Below are positions 9,925 to 17,532 of a stretch of 64,000 bases of DNA, in pieces. Origin of the DNA: an uncultured Candidatus Saccharibacteria bacterium (GTDB lineage Bacteria > Patescibacteriota > Saccharimonadia > Saccharimonadales > UBA7683); NCBI GenBank assembly GCA_964632215.1, contig CAZWBG010000001.1, positions 110,589 through 174,588 of the forward strand, read 5' to 3'. The notes beneath the pieces were generated by a model. That model made no database searches, was not told where the DNA came from, and worked only from the letters and a program-made list of their open reading frames with translations. Position 1 is the stretch's first letter. Each line of letters begins with the position of its first letter. The translations under genes were made by a program, and so were the position numbers.

Positions 9925-10458
9925 ATGATATATGTAGCACTACTGCGTGGTATTAATGTCGGTGGCAATAATAAGGTGGAGATGGCAAAGCTCAGAAGTG
10001 CTTTTGAAAGATTGGGTTTCGAGCAAGTAAAAACTTATATTAATTCAGGCAATATTATATTTTCTGATACCACTCATATCGCTTCAGAACTCGCACCACT
10101 CATAGAGAACGTCATCGAAGAAGACTTTGGTTTCCATGTATATGTGGTAGTTCGTAGTTCTCCCCAGATAAAGTTAATCACTCAGGCCCTACCTAGTGAC
10201 TGGGTGCATGATAAAACCATGAAATGTGACGTAATATTTTTGTGGGACAACATTGACAACAAAGAAACACTCGAACAGCTTACTATTAAGCCCGGCATAG
10301 ATGATGTTAAGTATGTGCCAGGTGCAATCTTGTGGCGAGTTGATTATGAAAATGCAACAAGGAGCGGTGTACTAAAAATAGTGGGGACACCGCTCTATAA
10401 ACAAATGACTGTTCGCAATGCCAATACACTACGCAAACTCGCTGAGTTGATGAGCTAA
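9925..10458 (+). CDS. DUF1697 family protein
   Basis: The N-terminus MIYVALLRGINVGGNNKVEMAKLR is the characteristic DUF1697 start. 177 aa. Confidence 0.75.
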   Translation: MIYVALLRGINVGGNNKVEMAKLRSAFERLGFEQVKTYINSGNIIFSDTTHIASELAPLIENVIEEDFGFHVYVVVRSSPQIKLITQALPSDWVHDKTMKCDVIFLWDNIDNKETLEQLTIKPGIDDVKYVPGAILWRVDYENATRSGVLKIVGTPLYKQMTVRNANTLRKLAELMS

Positions 10459-10573
10459 AAAGGGTTTTCGGGCAGGGATTCTACAAAACTTAGCTTGGTT
10501 GTGGAATTTGTGCGTGCTTTCTGATCTGGTGCTTCTTGTAATGACGGTGATAATGGTATTAAATGTCGTTAAG

Positions 10574-11239
10574 ATGAAGTTATTTTCGAATACTTACCAT
10601 CGTGATCATTGGCAGAGGGTTTTAAACAAAGCACCGAAACATACCTTTAAAAAGGGCGAAAGTATACTCTTGCAGGGCCAGGAGCCACCCTGCGTCTATA
10701 TCATAAAAAGTGGCCTGGTACGGGTATACAATATTACGCGTGAAGGCGAAGAGCGGCCAGTATCGTTCGACACTACCCTGGATATTTTTCCGCTTGGCTG
10801 GATCTTTGATAGCCTCGAGAAAACCCAGTATTTTTATCAAGCATTTACGGAATGTGAGGTGTATCAGCTTAATAAAGAAGACTTCTTGAGGTACTGCCAA
10901 CATCATCCCAAGATGGCCTATGAAATCTATGCTGGTATCGCGAGTCGCTTTGTTAATTTACAGATGCGTATTTATGCTCTGGAGCAGCCTAAGGCTTCTA
11001 CGAAGATTCTCTATACACTCGCTTACTTGGCTGATCAATTTGGTAAAAAAATAGCTCACGGAACAACCGCGCTCTTAATTCCCCTCACCCAACAAGAGCT
11101 CGCTAATTTTATAGGATTGACCCGTGAGACTACCAGCTCTGAGTTGAAGAAACTGGAGCGAAAGAAGATACTACGTTTTAAAAATAAACGGTATTACATT
11201 AATAGTGCAAAACTCAAAGCACTACTGGACACACTCTAG
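10574..11239 (+). CDS. Crp/Fnr-family transcriptional regulator
   Basis: Has a cNMP-binding-like beta-roll (GESILLQGQEPPCVYIIKSGLVRVY) and a C-terminal HTH (TQQELANFIGLTRETTSSELKKLERKKIL). The ORF is open from 10499, but that N-terminus looks non-native, so the ATG at 10574 is preferred. Confidence 0.8.
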   Translation: MKLFSNTYHRDHWQRVLNKAPKHTFKKGESILLQGQEPPCVYIIKSGLVRVYNITREGEERPVSFDTTLDIFPLGWIFDSLEKTQYFYQAFTECEVYQLNKEDFLRYCQHHPKMAYEIYAGIASRFVNLQMRIYALEQPKASTKILYTLAYLADQFGKKIAHGTTALLIPLTQQELANFIGLTRETTSSELKKLERKKILRFKNKRYYINSAKLKALLDTL

Positions 11240-11415
11240 CTCCCTTGCGCACTTTTATTTGGATAACGTTCACCAGTTTGGCGTTTAAATATTCGTTTAA
11301 GTTTTGTATAGGTTGAGACGGGTATGGAAACCTCCTCAAAATAAAGATCAAATTCTTCAAGTTTAGTCTGGTTAGCTTGTTTGTGATTGATTGCTTTAGG
11401 CGGATTCTGATTCAT
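11236..11415 (-). CDS. hypothetical 59-aa protein (below the ORF-track cutoff)
   Basis: ATG at 11415 with AAGGAG 6 nt upstream (11422-11427). Translation: MNQNPPKAINHKQANQTKLEEFDLYFEEVSIPVSTYTKLKRIFKRQTGERYPNKSAQGS. Its stop overlaps the crp-like stop codon (convergent). Confidence 0.35.
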   Translation of the reverse strand: MNQNPPKAINHKQANQTKLEEFDLYFEEVSIPVSTYTKLKRIFKRQTGERYPNKSAQGS

Positions 11416-11519
11416 GACACGCTCCTTCTCTATAAACTTAAAATTACAATATGTAAGATATTTTAGTACTACCCCCTTCTTAAGATTAATAGTATTTCTA
11501 TTTATGCACAGGCATTACA

Positions 11520-11611
11520 TTTTTGCTGTAAGATATCCTACACTTTTGCAGACATTTTTCTTTGAATTTTAGTCAATATTTCATAATGTTTTAATGTTTT
11601 TGCTGTAAGAT
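11520..11611 (+). repeat. two exact 15-nt direct repeats (TTTTTGCTGTAAGAT) in the response-regulator promoter region
   Basis: Copy 1 is at 11520-11534 and copy 2 at 11597-11611, giving 77-bp periodicity. The second copy ends 35 bp before the RR ATG. A related TTTTGCAGA lies at about 11544. Confidence 0.55.
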
Positions 11612-11645
11612 CTAGAGGCATAGGTAGTAACCAGCGATATAAATT

Positions 11646-12323
11646 ATGAAATTACTTATCATAGAAGACAATCGACCTCTTGCCTACAGCATTAAAAATT
11701 ACCTAAAAAGGTGGTTTGTGGTTGATGTTGTACACACAGGCGAAGAAGGCTTACAAAAAGCCCAGGCTTTCGAGTATGCAGTAATACTGCTAGATCTTGG
11801 TTTACCTGACAAAGACGGCGAAGAGGTGTGTCGAGGTTTACGTGATTTTAAGGTCGCAACTCCCATTATTATTCTCACAGGGAGTAGTGAGATCGATTCG
11901 CGAGTACACCTTCTGGACTGTGGTGCGGATGATTACTTGATTAAGCCGTTTGACAGAACGGAGTTGCGAGCTCGCATTATGGCACTCACTCGTCGTCCAA
12001 TGAACGTTTATACACAAAATGTCCTTACTTTACACGATCTTGTAATAGATCTACCAAGTCGGCAAGTACAACGTGCCGGAGTACCGATTATTTTACGCCG
12101 CAAAGAGTTTGATATTTTAGAGTATCTTGTTAGTAACTGTGGTCGGGCAGTGACTCGAGAAATGATTCTCCGCCATGCCTGGGAGGCAGATAGAGACAAC
12201 TGGCATAATACTGTCGACGTACATATAAAACACCTGCGTGACAAAATTGACCGACCTTTCCCTATTCCTTTGATTAAGACTGCCTACGGTATCGGATACA
12301 TGGTCGACGATATCGAGATATAA
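11646..12323 (+). CDS. OmpR/PhoB-type two-component response regulator
   Basis: Receiver domain (LLIIEDN...ILLDLGLPDKDG...ILTG...DDYLIKPF) plus a winged-helix output domain (RKEFDILEYL...VDVHIKHLRDKI...TAYGIGY). Confidence 0.9.
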   Translation: MKLLIIEDNRPLAYSIKNYLKRWFVVDVVHTGEEGLQKAQAFEYAVILLDLGLPDKDGEEVCRGLRDFKVATPIIILTGSSEIDSRVHLLDCGADDYLIKPFDRTELRARIMALTRRPMNVYTQNVLTLHDLVIDLPSRQVQRAGVPIILRRKEFDILEYLVSNCGRAVTREMILRHAWEADRDNWHNTVDVHIKHLRDKIDRPFPIPLIKTAYGIGYMVDDIEI

Positions 12324-12345
12324 ATAAAAATGAAAGGTGGTTATA

Positions 12346-12462
12346 ATGAATATTGTACTCTCAACTATTCTCACGGATGCAAGTGCACGTGAAGTTTCTG
12401 ATGTTGAAGCACATGTAAGCCAAGAGCTTAGTGCTGGCATACCTTGGTTTGACGAAGCGTAG
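12346..12462 (+). CDS. candidate 38-aa precursor peptide (ComX-like?), untracked small ORF
   Basis: ATG 12346 is preceded by AAGGTGG (12334-12340) with a 5-nt spacer. Translation: MNIVLSTILTDASAREVSDVEAHVSQELSAGIPWFDEA, stop TAG 12460-12462. It fills the otherwise unexplained 174-bp gap between RR and HK. Confidence 0.45.
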   Translation: MNIVLSTILTDASAREVSDVEAHVSQELSAGIPWFDEA

Positions 12463-12497
12463 GTAATTATTACTAAGTTGAAGATCGGGGGTCTTTT

Positions 12498-13931
12498 TTG
12501 AAACATTCTACCATCCTTCGGTCTTCGACTAGTAAAACACGAAGATGGTACTCGAGGGCCTATTATTGGCTGCTCGAGCCACGACAACAGCAGGCTGAGC
12601 TGCGCAGTCGAGAGACTGTTTTGCTGATTTTGCTGCTCGGAACACTTTGTGTCACACTCTTACTATTTTTATTACTCGTTATTAGCTACTTGGCTCTGGG
12701 AAATATTTTTGTATTACCACGTATTGGCTTTAGTGTCGGTGCTTTCATTTATACTCTCATAATCTATATTTTGGCTCGTAAAGGTAGGTATTATATATCT
12801 GCAATAGGGTTAATAGGCACCTATGCTTTTTTTGCAGTGATTGGTATGTGGTATTGGGGAGTAAACCTACCATCTAGCATTTTGATCATGAGTCTCACTA
12901 TCACGCTAGCGGGTATTTTACTACAGGCAAAGTATGCGCTGTACGCTGCGTTTGTTGCCAGTAGCATTTTAATTACGCTACAAGTCTTAGTCAGGCAGCA
13001 ACTCCATATACCCGACGAATCTTGGCTACTTCAACCAGCAACCTTTGGTGATGTCCTGGGTTACTGCGTAGTCTTTATTATTCTTGCACTCATCTCGTGG
13101 CTTTTTGGTCGTCAGATGGAACACTCATTACTTCAGGCGCATAAAGCAGAGACGGCCTTGCTACGTGAGAAAGAGCTACTCGCAGTTCGACTCAAAGAAC
13201 GTACTGCTAAACTGAGAACTGCGCAGCTCAAAGAGATGCAACAACTTTATCGGTTTGCTGAATTGGGCCAAGTCAGTACTGCGCTACTGCATGAGCTCGC
13301 TAATCACCTAACGGCCCTCACGCTAGATATTGAAGACCTCGACCAACAGCAGCATTCGCAGGCAATTAAACGTGCTCGGCGGACAATATTTGCTCTTGAT
13401 GCAATGATAGACCAAGTTCGCCTTCAGCTAAGAGATGACAATAGGGTTCAGGCTTTCTCGGTTAGTACAATACTAGACGAAGTGGTTGAGTTTACGCATA
13501 AAAAAGCCCAAAAGGAAAACGTGAAAGTAGAGTTAGTAATCAGCAAAAGTAAGCAGCCGCTCGTTTGCGAGGGTGATCCACTACGGCTGTATCAAGTATT
13601 CGTCATACTTATTAGTAATGCAATTGATGCGTATCAAGGGTTTACAAGTGCTAAGGACCGGATAGTAGAGGTTAGCACCTTTTTGCGCCCGGAACAGATT
13701 GTTATTAAGGTACAGGATTGGGGTTGCGGTATACCTGCATCCCGAAGGAAGAAGCTCTTTATGTCACCGCATAGTACTAAAAAGTCAGGCATGGGTATTG
13801 GGTTACTTATTGCGCGGCAGATGATTGAGACTCACTTTCGAGGCACGCTAAAGCTGAGTTCTTCCAAGGCTTACACAGAATTTGTTATAACATTGCCACG
13901 AAAGAGTACATATGAAGCAGCAGACAATTAG
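12498..13931 (+). CDS. polytopic sensor histidine kinase (about 6 TM sensor, no large periplasmic domain)
   Basis: TTG start after a GGGGG run. aa ~40-215 form closely spaced hydrophobic helices. H-box LHELANHL. ATP-binding boxes SNAIDA, QDWGCGI and GMGIGL. Confidence 0.85.
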   Translation: MKHSTILRSSTSKTRRWYSRAYYWLLEPRQQQAELRSRETVLLILLLGTLCVTLLLFLLLVISYLALGNIFVLPRIGFSVGAFIYTLIIYILARKGRYYISAIGLIGTYAFFAVIGMWYWGVNLPSSILIMSLTITLAGILLQAKYALYAAFVASSILITLQVLVRQQLHIPDESWLLQPATFGDVLGYCVVFIILALISWLFGRQMEHSLLQAHKAETALLREKELLAVRLKERTAKLRTAQLKEMQQLYRFAELGQVSTALLHELANHLTALTLDIEDLDQQQHSQAIKRARRTIFALDAMIDQVRLQLRDDNRVQAFSVSTILDEVVEFTHKKAQKENVKVELVISKSKQPLVCEGDPLRLYQVFVILISNAIDAYQGFTSAKDRIVEVSTFLRPEQIVIKVQDWGCGIPASRRKKLFMSPHSTKKSGMGIGLLIARQMIETHFRGTLKLSSSKAYTEFVITLPRKSTYEAADN

Positions 13932-15681
13932 TAGTTCCCTGCGCCGAGGCATACATTTTATAGAAGAGCAGGTTACACCTGAACTGAATAGACTTGAGAG
14001 GGCGCAGCTATTTCTACTGCTTACCGATTTGCCTCAGGCTAGTTCACTGCGCTCTACGCTTGCCGTGCAGCTGCAAGCCCTCAGCGGATGGGATTGGATT
14101 CTACAAGATAATCTACTTGAGGTATTTACCGTACTAAATAGCCTGTACGATTATGACAGTACTATCATTAATGGAGCCTGTATGGCTTATGTTGCCCAAA
14201 GGCTCATGAACTGCGAGAGCCAGGTCGGTGGGCCCTATAAAGATACGACGGGTAAAATAGATATAGCAGCCAATGTGTTGATAGCACGCTTTTTGGCCTG
14301 TAATGATACAGTCCTGCCCAAGCTTGTCGATTTTTTGCAGCAGTCAATTAAAAATAAAGAGTTTGAGAGTCACGCTCTTTCTGAGCGAGTTATTTTCTAT
14401 CTTTTTTGTCAAAGCAAGCTCGAACTTACCGAAGCACCACAAACGATGTTTCGGAATATACAGCAGCCAGTTGATTTGTCGTCTCCAGAGCAAATTGCTT
14501 TAGAAATAAACATATTACTGGGTATCGGCGAGAAGCCAAACTCCCTTGAGAAACAAATCGCTGCTTTACAGGCTTCTCAGCATACTGACGGAAGTTGGGA
14601 TCATTCCACTGAGTCTTCCTCTGTTCTATTGACCACTGCTCTCGTGTTGCAGGCGCTCAATAGCTACGAGCAAGTGATGCAGCCAAAAAATATAGCTCAA
14701 ATTTCACCTTCCGTAGGTATTACCGAAGCCGCGCGTATACCGTTACTTGAACTTGAGGAGCCTGTGCGATCTGTGGCTCTAGAGATTTGGGAACACGTAC
14801 GTACCGCTGATAAAAATAAAGAAATTACACTCCTACCTACCTTTTTTGCTCGGTCGCTTATTACCCCTTCCCAGGTTGCTTCCGAGGCACTGTGCGAGCA
14901 GCTGGGTACGGCTAACTTCTACTGCTGGATGGCGTACACCATCTACGATGATTTTCTAGATGACGAAGGTCAGCCCGCTCGACTACCCGTGGCTAATATT
15001 GCGATGCGACACTCACTGAGAATCTATCAGGATTTACTCACTGACAAACCAGCTTTGGAGAACTTCGCCCAGACTATTTTTGATGTAATGGATCAGGCCA
15101 ATTCTTGGGAGCTTACATATTGTCGTTTCGAGGTGACTAGTCAAATAATTGTGATAGGCTCACTACCGCGTTATGGCCAACGAACAGTTCTTGCTAATCG
15201 GGCAATGGGTCATGCTCTTGGGCCACTCATTATTACTGAGCTTGTAGCAGACACTCAGCAGCAGAAAGATCATATACAGCTTGCCCTGAGCCACTATCTT
15301 ATTGCACGCCAGTTAAATGATGACATGCATGATTGGCTGAAGGATGTACAAGCCGGACAGATTAGTTATGTGGTAGCTGCAATTCTGCGTGGCTTACAAA
15401 TTCGGCCTGGTCCACAAAATCTGCCCGAGCTTACTTCACGAATGCAAACCTACTTTCAGCGTACGGGTCTAGGGCAAATTTGCATACAACTTCTGCGTCA
15501 CGTCAAATCGGCACGCCGAGCTTTAGATGCCAGCGGTCTTATTTGGATTCATTCCGATTTCACGACATTACTCGATAGTTTAGAAGCTTCCGCTACGCAG
15601 GCTCAGACTATCTACGCCAACCAGAGAGATTTTTTACACACCTATAAAGCTTTAGCCAAGACCACTCGTAGTAACAATTAA
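13912..15681 (+). CDS. two-domain protein: terpenoid-cyclase/prenyltransferase-like repeat region + isoprenoid-synthase-fold domain with two DDxxD motifs (ComQ-like?)
   Basis: The start overlaps the HK stop by 20 nt. QHTDGSW is at aa 223-229 (QxxDGxW-type repeat). DDFLD is at aa 346-350 and DDMHD at aa 470-474, 124 aa apart, like the FARM/SARM motifs of trans-prenyl synthases. The second motif sits in the context RQLNDDMHD. Confidence 0.6.
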   Translation: MKQQTISSSLRRGIHFIEEQVTPELNRLERAQLFLLLTDLPQASSLRSTLAVQLQALSGWDWILQDNLLEVFTVLNSLYDYDSTIINGACMAYVAQRLMNCESQVGGPYKDTTGKIDIAANVLIARFLACNDTVLPKLVDFLQQSIKNKEFESHALSERVIFYLFCQSKLELTEAPQTMFRNIQQPVDLSSPEQIALEINILLGIGEKPNSLEKQIAALQASQHTDGSWDHSTESSSVLLTTALVLQALNSYEQVMQPKNIAQISPSVGITEAARIPLLELEEPVRSVALEIWEHVRTADKNKEITLLPTFFARSLITPSQVASEALCEQLGTANFYCWMAYTIYDDFLDDEGQPARLPVANIAMRHSLRIYQDLLTDKPALENFAQTIFDVMDQANSWELTYCRFEVTSQIIVIGSLPRYGQRTVLANRAMGHALGPLIITELVADTQQQKDHIQLALSHYLIARQLNDDMHDWLKDVQAGQISYVVAAILRGLQIRPGPQNLPELTSRMQTYFQRTGLGQICIQLLRHVKSARRALDASGLIWIHSDFTTLLDSLEASATQAQTIYANQRDFLHTYKALAKTTRSNN

Positions 15682-15863
15682 CATAAGTTGAAATGCAGGC
15701 ATATTTAAACTGTTCTTAATTTAAACCATCTACACAGCTTGTTGCTCTGATGTGAGCGCTTAAAGGAATTCGTTAAATTCAAATATATTGTAAAAAATAC
15801 GCAGTCTTATGCTTTGATATTGTCTCTCAGTGAGTTACAATTTTTTTAGAAACGGGGTATGAA

Positions 15864-17531
15864 GTGGCTTTGGGAGAGGTGTTAAATCATGGGTCAGAAA
15901 ATGATGAGGTAACTGAGGGTGATTTATCTCTTCGTCTACTGCCTGACCTTCCCGACGAGCCCGAGTCAGCCCAAGAATTACTTTTTGCAGATAACATAAA
16001 ACTCACTCGGGCTGAAGTTTTAGAGCTATTCTTTATACCTAAGGAAGTATATACAGGTAAAAAAGTCACCGAAAAGGTAGCGGTACTTACAGAGAGACAT
16101 ACCAGCGTTGTGCTTGCGCCCTGTTCTTCGTTTATTATGCCTCAAATTCGTGACAGCTATGATGTAAATAGACTGCTCGGCATAGGTAGACATATAAAAA
16201 ACACCGATACGGGTCAGATGCAAAATTGCGGAGTAGCTTTTGTGGATGAAGCACACATCGAGGGATATTTACGTGACTTAAATACATTCTTTCAAACAGA
16301 CATCTCGGTAAGTCAGTTGGAGATGCATCCAGAATTTAACCATTACATCATTACTATATTTGGACATAATCGGCAGATTGGGCTTGCGGCTGTAAATAGA
16401 GAGGATACGGGGCACCCCGACCACGGCATGGAGCTGATTGCAAAACAGTATATGAATCCAACTTTCTGGCACGTGCTCGAGATGCAGTATGCTGAAAATA
16501 CTGGACAGCCTCCTGATCCCTGGGATAGATCACGAACGATAGTGCACTATAAGCAGTTACGGCAACGTGATGGTATCCTGACTACTCAAGAAGAGGTCGC
16601 TAAGAAATTTAACGTTGATAAGGATCAGATTCGACAAGCAGAGCGGTTCGAGGCCCTGCCCCAAGAGATTAAAGACTTGGTTGTAGCCGGAGAGATGCCG
16701 TACTCAGGATCTTTTGAACTAGACAGACTGTTCAAATATTATGAACCTAGTGAAGTAGTTAGGCTTGCTCGCTCACTAGCCCATAAATCTGCCTCAAGTA
16801 AGCAAATTATTACAGAAGTTCAGAAACGTCTGGTGGTTTCTAATCTAACACCGGAGATATATTATTTAGTCGAGGAAGGTAATATTACGCTTAGCCAAGC
16901 GCAAGAACTTAATAGAATGAAAGAGATGGGGTGTACTGATCAGGCTATTAACGATTTGGCTGTATGGATTTGCTCATCCATACCCCCGACTGAGCAGCTA
17001 CGTACCAAGGTGAACGAGGTCATCCGCAAGCAGATCAGTGGAGAGGTCTCTATGTTTACTCAAGACGATGCGATGGATTCCGAAACAAGAGCTGCGATTC
17101 TAAAAAGACAATCAGATAATGAGAAAAGGGCATCAATTGCATCAAGTATGACTCATATCACGAAGCTTCTACATAATGTAAAGAGTCTTTACGATAGCGG
17201 CCTAGCAGCTGGTGCAGCCGACTATAATCCCTTGGCTTCTACCACTGGTGTTTCGCTAATCGGTTTTCTTGAAAAGATTATTGAAGATGAAGTAGATGTA
17301 TTGAGTCAAGAGAGAAGGTTAAGAGTAGAAATTGAGGCATTCTTAACACAACCTTCTGTGGATGATGAACTTAAGGATGTACTTTATCTTTTACGTGATG
17401 TCTTAACAGTAGAGCAAGAAGCAACAAGTGAGTCGCAACAGCTAAGTCGAGCAAGAGCCGCAGGCAAGGTTCTGGAGATTGCCACTACTACTTCTCGACA
17501 GCAGGATTCACTTTTTGGAGAGCTAAATTAG
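15864..17531 (+). CDS. ParB/KorB-like DNA-binding protein (no adjacent ParA)
   Basis: GTG start. ParB-N-like segments IMPQIRDSYD (aa 91-100) and IFGHNRQIGLAAV (aa 165-177; compare the GERRxRA box). HTH TQEEVAKKFNVDKDQIRQAERFEALPQEIKDLVVAGEM (aa 241-278) closely follows the ParB HTH pattern. Long helical acidic C-terminus. Confidence 0.55.
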   Translation: MALGEVLNHGSENDEVTEGDLSLRLLPDLPDEPESAQELLFADNIKLTRAEVLELFFIPKEVYTGKKVTEKVAVLTERHTSVVLAPCSSFIMPQIRDSYDVNRLLGIGRHIKNTDTGQMQNCGVAFVDEAHIEGYLRDLNTFFQTDISVSQLEMHPEFNHYIITIFGHNRQIGLAAVNREDTGHPDHGMELIAKQYMNPTFWHVLEMQYAENTGQPPDPWDRSRTIVHYKQLRQRDGILTTQEEVAKKFNVDKDQIRQAERFEALPQEIKDLVVAGEMPYSGSFELDRLFKYYEPSEVVRLARSLAHKSASSKQIITEVQKRLVVSNLTPEIYYLVEEGNITLSQAQELNRMKEMGCTDQAINDLAVWICSSIPPTEQLRTKVNEVIRKQISGEVSMFTQDDAMDSETRAAILKRQSDNEKRASIASSMTHITKLLHNVKSLYDSGLAAGAADYNPLASTTGVSLIGFLEKIIEDEVDVLSQERRLRVEIEAFLTQPSVDDELKDVLYLLRDVLTVEQEATSESQQLSRARAAGKVLEIATTTSRQQDSLFGELN

Positions 17532-17532
17532 A

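Noticed and set aside
12330-12392. 20-codon Cys-rich ORF (MKGGYNEYCTLNYSHGCKCT) in the RR-HK spacer, out of frame with the 38-codon ORF.
   Set aside because: There is no Shine-Dalgarno sequence upstream. The AAGGTGG inside it is positioned to serve ATG 12346 instead. It is kept in mind as the alternative if comparative data favour it.
12117-12587. 156-aa minus-strand ORF spanning the RR 3' end, the spacer and the HK 5' end.
   Set aside because: It is antisense to two well-supported genes, has Ser/Arg/Pro-rich composition, and has no start signal.
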